Made by a program: the position numbers and the translations under genes
DNA from: a bacterium
GTDB taxonomy: Bacteria > UBA8248
Length of the DNA stretch: 64,000 bases
NCBI GenBank assembly: GCA_963692865.2
Contig: OY843592.1
Location: forward strand, 3,877,599-3,941,598
Reading direction: 5' to 3'
Shown: piece after piece, positions 9,978 to 19,537 of the stretch
Layout of the letters: each line of letters opens with the position of its first letter
Position numbering within the stretch: position 1 is the stretch's first letter
Notes under the pieces: generated by a model
Seen by the model: only the letters and a program-made list of their open reading frames with translations
What the model was told of the DNA's origin: nothing
Databases searched by the model: none

Positions 9978-10621
9978 CTCCTCTCGATCATCCGCTGGTG
10001 ATAAGTCCGCGGCGTCACCGTGCCCCCGGCGAAGGGGGCCAGCACGCCCTCGCTCCGCGCCAGGGACTCGGCCAGCCGCGCATAGGCGCAGGCGAAGCCG
10101 AAGTGGTTCTCGTTCCGCTCATACGCCAGCGCCGTCTCCCCGGAGGAGCGGACGCGCGGCTTTTTTCTCAAATTCATCAGGTGACGCTCCACCTCGTTCA
10201 GGAGCGCCTCCTCCCCGGTGTCCTTTGGACTCGGCAGCAGGACACGCCCGGCGCCCTCGTGGAACTCCTCCACCAGGTGATCGAGCAAATCCTCGCGGTT
10301 CATGCGCACGTGGCGGCGCTCGACCCCCAGAAACGAGACATCCTTGATCTGCATCTCGCCCTCGGTGTGCCGCCAGATGAAGCCGCCGTCCGGATTCAAG
10401 TCGTACACCGCGCGCGCCTCCCGGGTGTGGGGTCCGCCGTCTATGACGAACGCCTCCACGCCCAGGCCCGAGAACACGGCGCGGCACCGCGCGATGAGCC
10501 GCTCGACGGGCAGGGATTCGAAATATATCCACCGGGCGGGCCGGCCCTCCCCGTGTTCGCGCACTGCAAGCGCGCAGGCGTCGCCCGTGTCGATTCCGCA
10601 GAAACGATGCGCCGCGCTCAC
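9974..10621 (-). CDS. terminase large subunit, separately encoded nuclease (RNase H-like) half
   Basis: GTG 10621 with GGAGG SD overlaps ATPase stop (GTGA); FCGIDTG, FVIDGGP, NHFGFA..YA motifs. Confidence 0.7.
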   Translation of the reverse strand: MSAAHRFCGIDTGDACALAVREHGEGRPARWIYFESLPVERLIARCRAVFSGLGVEAFVIDGGPHTREARAVYDLNPDGGFIWRHTEGEMQIKDVSFLGVERRHVRMNREDLLDHLVEEFHEGAGRVLLPSPKDTGEEALLNEVERHLMNLRKKPRVRSSGETALAYERNENHFGFACAYARLAESLARSEGVLAPFAGGTVTPRTYHQRMIERR

Positions 10622-11676
10622 GCGGGCGCCTCCGCCAGGCGATAGGGCGCGGCGTCGCGCAGCTTCCCGAGCAACTCGCGGGAGATCGGCTGGGCGTCGC
10701 CCGCATCGGGGATGGCGAGCGCCGAGCAGCGAAAGCGCGCCCTCTCGCTCGGGAGGCGGGCGGCGGCCCATTTCGCCTTGATGCGGTCGAGGCGCACCGC
10801 GCCGACCGCGAGTTGGGAGAGGCGGTAGCTCCTGTGCCGCCGATTCGCCCGCGCGGCCTCCCACCGCCCCGCGCCTCTCTTGAGCGCGCCGCCACAGTCC
10901 GGGCAAGCGAGGCCGCCCCCGCGCAGGATGCCTGGCCAGTTCTCCTCCAGGACGCTCCCGGCGCGGCACGCCGGGCACCTCACGCGCCAGCGCCTCCGGT
11001 CTCCCGCCTCGTACATGGCGTGAATGCCCGCGCCCGGGGTTCTGCCGACGGCCAGGTTGAGCGTCAGGGCGAGCGGCGAGGCGTCGATGCGGTCGTTCGA
11101 CCACTTGAGGTTCTCCGGCGGCAGGTCGTCCACCTCGTCGCGAATCAGCACGTCGAGCGGAATCGATATGGCGTTGCCGATGTCCCTGAGACCCAGGATG
11201 TAGAGAAAACGCGAACCCCCGCTTCCGGGGAATTCCTTCAAGCCCTTGGGCGACGCGCCCTTGTATTCCCCATCGCGCATGAGCGAGGCGATGCGCCCGC
11301 CCCTGAGCGCGGGGCGCACGCGCGTCTGGTCGAAGCGGTCGGCGAAATCCTGATCGGGCAGAAAATAGCCCACGTTCAGGCGGTGGACGATGACGCAGTA
11401 AAGCGCAAAACCGATGGCGAACGTCGTCATGCCCACCTGCGCGCCCTTGAGGACGCTGACGGTCCGATCGGGCGCGCGATCCTTCAGCACCCCGTCGAGC
11501 GCGGCGACAATCTCCAAAAGCGCCTCTCTGCCCTCGAAGGTGAACGCGCCGGTGTCGGTCGACATCCCGCTCGTCAGAAACCGGGCCAGCCCGCGCGCCT
11601 CGCCCGAAAAGCGCGGGGCTCCGCCGGTCGTAAGGGCCATGCCGGGGGCCCGAAGGATTTTTCGGGACTTGCGCAA
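10618..11676 (-). CDS. terminase large subunit, GpA-type ATPase half
   Basis: VLKGAQVGMTT deviant Walker A, LIRDEVD Walker B, CPAC/CPDC zinc finger; TTG start with GGAGGAG SD. Confidence 0.85.
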   Translation of the reverse strand: MRKSRKILRAPGMALTTGGAPRFSGEARGLARFLTSGMSTDTGAFTFEGREALLEIVAALDGVLKDRAPDRTVSVLKGAQVGMTTFAIGFALYCVIVHRLNVGYFLPDQDFADRFDQTRVRPALRGGRIASLMRDGEYKGASPKGLKEFPGSGGSRFLYILGLRDIGNAISIPLDVLIRDEVDDLPPENLKWSNDRIDASPLALTLNLAVGRTPGAGIHAMYEAGDRRRWRVRCPACRAGSVLEENWPGILRGGGLACPDCGGALKRGAGRWEAARANRRHRSYRLSQLAVGAVRLDRIKAKWAAARLPSERARFRCSALAIPDAGDAQPISRELLGKLRDAAPYRLAEAPA

Positions 11677-11726
11677 TGCCGGAACTCCTCCAGTCCAAGG
11701 ATGCCGCGCGCATCCTCACGGGGAGG

Positions 11727-11781
11727 AATATAGGGGATGGGGGCCGTGAGCCATGACGCGCAAATGCGGGGAAATGCGCGG
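11727..11781 (-). promoter_or_regulatory. late-module promoter P1 (tandem box + 29 bp + TATATT)
   Basis: Minus strand CCGCGCATTTCCCCGCATTT-N29-TATATT upstream of terminase; same layout at 32929 and 35199. Confidence 0.75.
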
Positions 11782-11876
11782 TTTGCGGGGAACATCGTTT
11801 CTACCCCGCCGATGCGGGATGGTTTGCCGGGCGGCGGGAAAAAGGCGATCCTCCCGCATCAATCGGGCTTTCACCT

Positions 11877-11958
11877 GTAGGGGCCGCATATCATGCGGCC
11901 CGTTGCGGAGGCGAAAATCAGGGTCGCATGATATGTTGGACATATATGTCTGACCTAC
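11877..11958. repeat. GTAG...CTAC REP-like palindromic pair
   Basis: GTAGGGGCCGCATATCATGCGGCCC and GGACATATATGTC palindromes; inverted copies near 14008-14093 and 17475-17561. Confidence 0.75.
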
Positions 11959-12604
11959 AGAATCATCACGTCGCCGACCGGGCAGCGGAAGAACCACTCC
12001 CCGGTCGGTGAAATACGACGAATCACGAAATCAGGATTTTTTCACGACCCCGACCGGCAGACTGATGAGCGCATCCTTGCGCTCAGGCGCGCATCCGGGG
12101 TCTTTGAACCCGAAGCGCCCGGCGCGCTCTCGCCGCGCGGCGTTGATCGCGCCTCCGACTTCCTGTAAATCCGTCTTTGAAACAATGCCGAATGAAGGCA
12201 TGGTGTTCGCAAAGCTCCTCTGGAAACCGGGCGCACGCTACACACCCGGCGCTTCTGGTGGTATAGTAGGCGGCAGCTCATCCAACGCCCAGGATTGTTC
12301 TGGAGACGATTGGGGGGTTTCCCCCGCGAGGAATCCCTATTTTCCTTGACTGAACGGCTGGTTCCGACGCCTTCCGGGGCGCGAAACCATCTCAAGGAGA
12401 TTGGTGTATGCGTCGAATCACGACGAAAATCAAGTCCGAAGACGTCGAGAGAGCACGGGCCGGACGCGGTGGTGACGAGGAGATTCTCATCCACGCCACC
12501 CGGTGCGGCATCCAAACCGGCGGGCGGGCGAAGCCGCCGTCTAAAACCTGAACCAAAACCTTTTTTTCGATTCATTACCTGACGCATTTAGGGAGGTTGA
12601 AAAA

Positions 12605-13888
12605 ATGAAACGCTTTCTTTTGTTCCTTTGGGCCGCGGCGCTCGCCCTGGCCCCGGGGACCGCATTCGCGGCCGATAAGCTCGATACCGGGAACACCGCC
12701 TGGATACTGACGTCGACCGCCCTCGTCCTGTTCATGACGCTCCCGGGCCTCTCGCTCTTCTACGGCGGCCTCGTGCGCGCGAAGAACGTGCTCTCGGTGC
12801 TGATGCAGTGCTTCGCCATCGCCTGCGCGGTGTCGGTCGTCTGGCTCGTCGTCGGCTACAGCTTGGTGTTCGAGGCGGGCAACGCCTTCATCGGCGGGCT
12901 GGGCAAGGCGTTCTTCGCGGGCGTGGGCGTGGAATCGCTCTCGGGCAACATTCCCGAGACGGTCTTCGCCATGTTCCAGCTCACCTTCGCCATCATCACG
13001 CCCGCGCTGATCGTGGGCAGCTTCGCCGAGCGGATGCGCTTCTCGGCCCTGTTCATCTTCTCCATCGCGTGGGTGATCCTCGTCTACGCGCCGGTGGCCC
13101 ACTGGGTGTGGGGCGGCGGGTGGCTCGGCGCGATGGGCGCGCTCGATTTCGCGGGCGGCACCGTGGTGCACATCAACTCCGGCATAGCGGCCCTGGTGGC
13201 CGCCATCCTCATCGGCCCGAGGCACGGCTTTCCCACGACGGCCATGCTGCCCCATAACCTGCCCATGGCGGTGACGGGCGCGGGCATCCTGTGGGTCGGC
13301 TGGTTCGGCTTCAACGCGGGCAGCGCGCTGGCGGCAGACGGCGCGGCGGGCATGGCCATGCTCGTCACCCACATCTCCTCGGCGGCCGGCGCGCTCGCGT
13401 GGATGTTCGCCGAGTGGATCAAGCACGGCAAGGCGAGCGTGCTCGGCATCGTGACGGGCATGGTGGCGGGCCTGGTCGGCATCACGCCGGCTTCGGGCTT
13501 CGTGGGGCCGGTGGGCGCGCTGCTGCTCGGCGCGATAGCCGGCGTCGGCTGCTACGCCGCCACCAACTACATGAAGCAGGTGCTCAAGATAGACGACTCG
13601 CTCGACGTGTTCACCGTGCACGGCGTGGGCGGCATCATCGGCGCGATACTAACCGGCGTTTTCGTCGCCAAGGGGTTCGGCGGCGTCGGCTTCGCCGAGG
13701 GCGTCGGCATGGGCAAGCAGTTGTGGATCCAGTTCGTGAGCGTGGTCGCCACGCTCGTCTACTCGGGCGTCGTATCCTTCATCCTGTTCAAAATCGTGGA
13801 CGCCATCGTGGGCCTCAGGGCCGACGCCAACGAGGAATCCGGCGGCCTCGACCTCATGATGCACAACGAATCGGCCTACGAACGCTAG
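12605..13888 (+). CDS. amtB: ammonium transporter
   Basis: DFAGGTVVHINSG, WFGFNAGS, DDSLDVFTVHGVGG; signal peptide; GGGAGG SD. Confidence 0.97.
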   Translation: MKRFLLFLWAAALALAPGTAFAADKLDTGNTAWILTSTALVLFMTLPGLSLFYGGLVRAKNVLSVLMQCFAIACAVSVVWLVVGYSLVFEAGNAFIGGLGKAFFAGVGVESLSGNIPETVFAMFQLTFAIITPALIVGSFAERMRFSALFIFSIAWVILVYAPVAHWVWGGGWLGAMGALDFAGGTVVHINSGIAALVAAILIGPRHGFPTTAMLPHNLPMAVTGAGILWVGWFGFNAGSALAADGAAGMAMLVTHISSAAGALAWMFAEWIKHGKASVLGIVTGMVAGLVGITPASGFVGPVGALLLGAIAGVGCYAATNYMKQVLKIDDSLDVFTVHGVGGIIGAILTGVFVAKGFGGVGFAEGVGMGKQLWIQFVSVVATLVYSGVVSFILFKIVDAIVGLRADANEESGGLDLMMHNESAYER

Positions 13889-13898
13889 GCCGTACGCG

Positions 13899-13929
13899 AA
13901 AAGGCCCCGGGGCCGAGTCCCCGGGGCCG
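13899..13929. terminator. GC hairpin after amtB, between convergent transcription units
   Basis: AAAA-GGCCCCGGGG-ccgagt-CCCCGGGGCC; U-tract on minus strand. Confidence 0.55.
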
Positions 13930-13961
13930 CGCGTTCGCGTGAAAGGCGGCCTCTCCAATTC

Positions 13962-14152
13962 GGGGTTGTTGAAAAACTATCCCTCTCGCATCAACCACGT
14001 TTTACCCGTATGTCGGACATATATGTCCGACATATCATGCGACCCGGCCTTTTCGCCCTTCCGGTGGCGGGCCGCATGATATGCGGCCCCTACAAAAACC
14101 GCTCCCCCCCGGTCGCGTAAAACACTATTCATCAAGGCTTTTTCAACAACCC
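13962..14152. mobile_element. MITE-like element with GGGTTGTTGAAAAA terminal inverted repeats and REP cargo
   Basis: TIRs at both ends; interior nearly identical to 17427-17561. Confidence 0.75.
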
Positions 14153-15166
14153 TCAAGCCGTTCGCTTTTTTCCCACGTAGTCGAGCAGGACGGCCAGGAT
14201 GATGATCGCCCCCACCGCCAGCAGTTGCCAGTCGGCGGCTATCCCCAAGAGGTTCAGGCCGTTTCGGATGCACGCGATGATGAGCGTGCCGATGACGGTG
14301 CCGATGACGCGCCCCTCGCCGCCCAGCAGCGAGGCGCCGCCGATGACGACCGCGGCGATGACGTCCATCAAATCGAACATGCCCATGATGGCCTGGGCGG
14401 CCATGAGGCGCGAGGCCATCACCACGCCCGCCAGCGCGCCGCAGAAACCGCTGAAGACGAGCACGAACAGCTTGACGGCGAAGACGTTCACGCCGGCGAC
14501 GCGGGCGGCCTCCTTGTTGCCGCCGACGGCGTAGATGTTCGTGCCCAGGACGGTGCGCGAGAGGATGAGGTGCGCGATGAGAAAGACGACGCCCATGATG
14601 ACGGCGGCCATGGGAAACGGGCCGACGTAGCCCTGCCCGACGACGCTGAAGGCCTCGGGCAGGCCGAAGATGGACTGCTCGCCCGTCAGGATGAGCGCGC
14701 CGCCGCGCGCGAGGCTGTCCATCGCCAGCGTGAGGATGAAGGCGGGAATCGCGAACCAGCCCACGAAGACCCCGCTCACTCCGCCCAGCAAGACGCCGAG
14801 GATCAGGGTGGCGAGCACCGCGGGCACGATGGGCACCCCGTATTCCTTGAGCAGAAGCGCGACGACGACCGCACCCATCGACTGGATAGAGGCCACGGAC
14901 AAGTCGATCTCCGCGCAGATGATGACGAGCGTGAGGCCCGCCGCCATGATGCCGATGTTCGAGGACTGGAGCAGGATGTTCATCATGTTCGAGACGGTGA
15001 AGAAGTTCTCCGCCGTGATCGAGAGAAAGAGGATCAACAAGATGAGCGCGAGAATAAGGCCGTACCTGGAAAAGCCCGACGCGATGAGAGATGCGATATC
15101 GTATCCCCCGCTCGCTTCGGCGGCCGGGCCACGCCCGCTATCCATTTTTCCTTCGCCGCTCATCAT
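14153..15166 (-). CDS. sugar ABC transporter permease (RbsC-like)
   Basis: EIDLSV, YAVGGNKEAARVAGV, IAAVVIGGASLLGGEG. Confidence 0.92.
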   Translation of the reverse strand: MMSGEGKMDSGRGPAAEASGGYDIASLIASGFSRYGLILALILLILFLSITAENFFTVSNMMNILLQSSNIGIMAAGLTLVIICAEIDLSVASIQSMGAVVVALLLKEYGVPIVPAVLATLILGVLLGGVSGVFVGWFAIPAFILTLAMDSLARGGALILTGEQSIFGLPEAFSVVGQGYVGPFPMAAVIMGVVFLIAHLILSRTVLGTNIYAVGGNKEAARVAGVNVFAVKLFVLVFSGFCGALAGVVMASRLMAAQAIMGMFDLMDVIAAVVIGGASLLGGEGRVIGTVIGTLIIACIRNGLNLLGIAADWQLLAVGAIIILAVLLDYVGKKRTA

Positions 15167-15194
15167 TCCTCTCCCCGGCAGACACGTCTCTTAT

Positions 15195-15588
15195 GGGGTT
15201 GTTGCAAAAGCCCCCTTCGCCTCATCCTGAGTAGCGGCGAAACCGCGTATCGAAGGATGTCCTCTCGCCCCGGGGCAAGCGTTCGATTCCCCGCGCCCTT
15301 CGATACGCCGCCTCCGGCGGCTACTCAGGGTGAGGAAAGAGGCGTTGGCGGTTTGCGAGGGCCACAGACGAAGGTTATTCAACAACCCCCTATCGAGCAA
15401 GTTCGCCGGAATGACGAACAAAACCAAATTCGTCATCGACCCCGACAAAAGAGCGCCAACTACCGTAGGGACAGGCCTCTGTGCCTGTCCTGACGAAAGA
15501 CAACCATGGAGGGCTCGGACAGGCGTAAAGGCCTGTCCGCTACAAACCTTCTACTTGCAAGGCCCTTGCCGGGTTTTTCAACAACCCC
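15195..15588. mobile_element. composite MITE/REP repeat cluster
   Basis: GGGGTTGTTGCAAAA at 15195; TTCAACAACCCC ending 15389 and 15588; internal CATCCTGAGTAGC...GCTACTCAGG and GTAGGGACAGGC...CTAC palindromes. Confidence 0.7.
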
Positions 15589-15590
15589 TC

Positions 15591-17177
15591 TTACGCCGCC
15601 GTGCCCGTCGCGTAGCGCATGATGGTTTCCGCGTCTGCGTCTTTCCTTGAAACCTCGCCGGTGATGCGGCCCTCGTTCATCACGATGATGCGGCTGCAGA
15701 TCGCCGTGACCTCGGGCAGTTCGGAGGATATCACGATAATCGCCACCCCGAGCTGCGCGAGTTCCTCGAGGATGCGGTAAATCTCCACCTTGGCGCCCGC
15801 GTCGACGCCCTTGGTCGGCTCGTCGAGTATGACGATGCGAGCGCCCGTGGATATCCCCCGCGCGAGGAGCACCTTTTGCTGGTTCCCGCCGCTGAGCTGG
15901 GCGATCCGATCCGTCAGGGAGGCGACCTTGATGCTCAGCCTCTCCACGTAGTCGCGCGAGAGGCCATCCGCGCCCGAACCGTTGACCCAGCCCAGAAGGC
16001 GCGTGAGCCTTCGCGAGCGGCTCTCCCTGCCGAAGTTGAACAGGGTGATGAGCAGGTTCTCCAGCACCGATAAGAGCGGGAACACGCCCTGGTTCTTGCG
16101 GTCTTCGGTCAGAAAAGACAGCCCGTGGCGTATGGCGTCGCGGGGTTTCCTGATTCTCACCGACTCGCCGTCGATCAGCACCTCGCCGCCGTCCAGCCGA
16201 TCGAGACCGAACAGCGCGCGGAACAATTCCGTCCTTCCCGCTCCCACGAGTCCCGCGAAGCCGAGAATCTCGCCTCTTCTCACCTTGAAGCTCACGTCTG
16301 CGAACACGCCTGCCGTCGTGAAATTCCTGACTTCGAGAACCTCCTCGCCCATCTGGCCGCTGATCCTGGGGTAGCGCTCGCTGAAGGTGCGCCCCGTCAT
16401 CATGCGGATGAGGGCGTCGACGTCGGTGTCCGCGGCACCGATGGTCCCGACGTGGCGTCCGTCGCGCAGGACGGAGATGCGATCGCCGATCGCGAGGCAG
16501 TCCTCCAGCGTGTGGGAGACGTAGACGACCCCGATGCCGCGCGCCGTCAGGCGCTCGATGACCTCGAAGAGCGCTTCCTTCTCACCGGGACCCAGGGAAG
16601 AGGTGGGTTCGTCCATCAGGATGACTTTGGCGTCGAAGGCCACCGCCTTGGCGATCTCGAGAAACTGCATATCCGACAAACTCAGAGTCAACACCTCGGC
16701 GTTCGGGTCGACGTCTATCCTAAGTTCGGTGAAAATCTCGCGGCAGCGCCGCTCCATCGCCGCCACATCGCGCACGCCCAGACGCCCGAGCAGCCGGTTC
16801 GCGCTCCTCAAATCGCGGCCCAGGAAGAGATTGCTCTTCACGTCCATCAGCCGCACGAGGCTCAGTTCCTGGTGGATGACGCTGATTCCCAGTTCGCGCG
16901 TGAGGGCGGGCGAGCATCTCTCGATGACGCTGCCTTCGAACACCATCTCGCCGGTATCTTTTTCGACGACGCCCGAGATGATCTTGATCATGGTCGACTT
17001 GCCGGCCCCGTTCTCGCCCAGGAGGACGTGCACCTCGCCGGGGCGCACGCTGAAATCCACCCCGTCGAGCGCCACGACCCCCGGAAACGTCTTGCCGATG
17101 CCGCGCATGTCGAGGATCAAGCACTCCGAAGCGTCTTCCTGAGGGGATTCGGTTGGACGGGAGGGAGACGGCGTCAT
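15591..17177 (-). CDS. sugar ABC transporter ATP-binding protein (RbsA-like, two ABC domains)
   Basis: GENGAGKST, MDEPT, LSGGNQQKV, LDEPTKGVD. Confidence 0.93.
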   Translation of the reverse strand: MTPSPSRPTESPQEDASECLILDMRGIGKTFPGVVALDGVDFSVRPGEVHVLLGENGAGKSTMIKIISGVVEKDTGEMVFEGSVIERCSPALTRELGISVIHQELSLVRLMDVKSNLFLGRDLRSANRLLGRLGVRDVAAMERRCREIFTELRIDVDPNAEVLTLSLSDMQFLEIAKAVAFDAKVILMDEPTSSLGPGEKEALFEVIERLTARGIGVVYVSHTLEDCLAIGDRISVLRDGRHVGTIGAADTDVDALIRMMTGRTFSERYPRISGQMGEEVLEVRNFTTAGVFADVSFKVRRGEILGFAGLVGAGRTELFRALFGLDRLDGGEVLIDGESVRIRKPRDAIRHGLSFLTEDRKNQGVFPLLSVLENLLITLFNFGRESRSRRLTRLLGWVNGSGADGLSRDYVERLSIKVASLTDRIAQLSGGNQQKVLLARGISTGARIVILDEPTKGVDAGAKVEIYRILEELAQLGVAIIVISSELPEVTAICSRIIVMNEGRITGEVSRKDADAETIMRYATGTAA

Positions 17178-17426
17178 GGGCGAGTCTTCCAGTTGGAGGG
17201 TCGGGCCGTGCCGACGTGCGCCTCAAGGGTTGTTGAAAAAGCCTTATTCTCGTGATCCGGGGTATGGAGCCGACAGGGCAGGGAGTTCGACTCCGATTTG
17301 CAGGGATCGCATACATGCGACCCATGCGGATGAATCAAAACTACGCTCATCGGCAATCCCCCCGCCCGAATCGCGTCCATGACTCAAAAGGGGCAAATAT
17401 CAAATCACGAGTCGGGTCGCATGTAC

Positions 17427-17664
17427 GGGGCTGTTGAAAAAGCTATCCCTCTCGCATCAACCACGTTTTACCCGTAGGTCGGACATATATGTCCGACATA
17501 TTATGCGACCCGGCCTTTTTTCGCCTCTCCGGCGGCGGGCCGCATAATATGCGGCCCCTACACCGCCACTCGAACGACGCGTGTAAGAACAAACCCGAGG
17601 AGGGGCTGTCACTACGGAATCATCACGTCGCCGACCGGGGATATATGGACTTTTTCAACAACCC
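17427..17664. mobile_element. MITE-like element, same family as 13962-14152
   Basis: GGGGCTGTTGAAAAA...TTTTTCAACAACCC; an extra left TIR at 17227. Confidence 0.75.
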
Positions 17665-17794
17665 TATGTCTGCGACCCCTGCACCACTCCCTCGTTCTTT
17701 CCGGTCAACCGGGCGACCACGGGAGACTCCGGACAAGCCCCTGCGCCTGTCCAGCTACGCATCTCCCGCGTTTCGAATCGAACCCGTAGGGGCG

Positions 17795-19267
17795 CTTCTC
17801 TAATCGGGTAGGGCAAGTCAAGTTCCTCTCCCCTGGTTCTGTCAGACCTGTTCCGCCTTTGGCTGCAGATGACGCTCCATGGGGGTCTCGCTTCTCTTCG
17901 TGATCGACTCCCGAGCCGGGGGCCGTCAACAGGATGGGATCGGAGAACGAAGTGGAACAATCTTTCCTGCGCCCTCGCATCGTCACCGACGCAGCGGGGC
18001 TAGGCCGACAGCGTACTCACTTCGTCCCTCGTCCCCACGGGAGCATCCCCCGCCGAGGCGGAAGCTACAGGGTTTGTCTGTGGTCCTCCTTCTTCAGTGT
18101 CTCGACCTCAGGCAGCCGAAGCATCCGCGCCGTCGCGCTTCCAGCGGAACTCACTGCCATCCATCCACATGCGGTGCATGATGACGCCGAGCCGGCGGGC
18201 GAGCGCAACCTTCGCGCGCGACTTGCCGCGACGCTTCGCCACACCCATCGCCCAGGCTTTCAGCCATGACCACCGCGTCGTGCGCCCGAGCAAGACGTTG
18301 GCGGCTTCGTAGAGCGCCGCGCGCATCATCGCGTCGCCGCATTTGGAGATGCTTCCCGTGCGGTCGACCTCTCCGGATTGCCATTTGCGAGGCACAAGCC
18401 CGAAGTGCGCGCCCACCGAGCGCGAGCGCGCAAAACGCGATGGCACGTCGACGCTCGCCCGGAAGGTGAGCGCCGTCACCGGACCCACGCCGGGAACCGT
18501 CATCAGGCGCCGGCAGACCGGATCGGCTCGCGCCGCCTCCAGCATCATCCTGTGCAGCCGGACGTATTCCGCCAGCAGCGCAGAGCGAGCCCGCAGCATC
18601 GGCGCCACCAGGCGCGCCAACTCCGGGCGCTCCGCGACCAGACACCCTACACGCGCCTCCAAACCGCGACGGGTGACCTTGCCCATCTTCAGCCCGAAGT
18701 TGCGCAGCGTGCCCCGGATGTGGGCCTCGGCGTCGCACAACTGCTTCAGCATGAACCTGCGGTTGGCGAGGAGCATGCGTTTTTCCTGGCTCGACACCGT
18801 CTTCACGTGCACCGGGCGAATCAGGTTCGCGCGAACCAACTGGGCGATGCCGCGCGCGTCGTCGCGGTCGCTCTTGTTCACCGTCGCCGAGAGCACCGCC
18901 TTCAGTTGCCGCGTCTCGGCGCAAACCACCGGGAACCCGGCCTCGGCCAGACCGTCATGGAGCCACTGTGACAGCGGCCCCGCCTCCAGGCAGATGCGCG
19001 TTACGCCGAAGGCCAGTCCGGTGAAGAACGCCACGAGGGCCGCGGGTTCGCTCGCGACCTTCGCCTCCCGGACGATCCCGCCCTCCGCGTCCACCACGCA
19101 CACACTCGTCCACTCCAACGACACGTCGAGTCCTGCAAAGTAGTTCATGACTGCTCCTCCTGCGGGCGCGTAGAGACCGGACCATCCCGGCCTCGCCTCG
19201 AATCATAAGGCAGAGGAACATCCGCCACACGCGGTAGTTCGCAGACCAACCCGATTACCCCATCTTC
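17795..19267 (-). mobile_element. IS110-family (IS1111-type) insertion sequence
   Basis: Sub-terminal IRs TAATCGGGT (17801-17809) and ACCCGATTA (19249-19257); CTTC core at both ends; about 310-bp non-coding 3' arm with TTGACT near the right end. Confidence 0.8.
18108..19148 (-). CDS. IS110-family DEDD transposase/recombinase
   Basis: AGLDVS, CLEAG, KSDRDDA, VPGVGP, QSG motifs. Confidence 0.95.
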   Translation of the reverse strand: MNYFAGLDVSLEWTSVCVVDAEGGIVREAKVASEPAALVAFFTGLAFGVTRICLEAGPLSQWLHDGLAEAGFPVVCAETRQLKAVLSATVNKSDRDDARGIAQLVRANLIRPVHVKTVSSQEKRMLLANRRFMLKQLCDAEAHIRGTLRNFGLKMGKVTRRGLEARVGCLVAERPELARLVAPMLRARSALLAEYVRLHRMMLEAARADPVCRRLMTVPGVGPVTALTFRASVDVPSRFARSRSVGAHFGLVPRKWQSGEVDRTGSISKCGDAMMRAALYEAANVLLGRTTRWSWLKAWAMGVAKRRGKSRAKVALARRLGVIMHRMWMDGSEFRWKRDGADASAA

Positions 19268-19270
19268 CCT

Positions 19271-19497
19271 CCTCGGGAAGGCCGACAGTAAGCAGAGGGC
19301 GCAAGCCCGAAAGCGAACTGGTGGGGGGAGTTTTTCATTTCGGACCGTCCCCCCACCGAATCGACCTTCGCACAAACCGCTCGGCTTCATCGTCGGGTTC
19401 CCCCCTCGGGGAACCCGGCCCTCAAGGGGGGAGTGAAACTTCAAAAGCGTGCGCGAAACGCAAAACCGCTTCCCGGGGAACTTTTTCAGCAATCCCC
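19271..19497. repeat. REP/MITE-like repeat truncated at the IS end
   Basis: GGTGGGGGG...CCCCCACC and CCCTCAAGGGGGGAGTG palindromic pieces; degenerate TIR TTTTTCAGCAATCCC. Confidence 0.5.
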
Positions 19498-19537
19498 TCA
19501 TGTCGAGCGCAGAAAGCCGCGGGTCCCGCTCTCGCCG

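Noticed and set aside
9974-11719. 581-aa ORF as one full-length terminase
   Set aside because: Its N-terminal 365 aa are an Arg-rich off-frame shadow of the ATPase gene; only 10621-9974 carries nuclease motifs.
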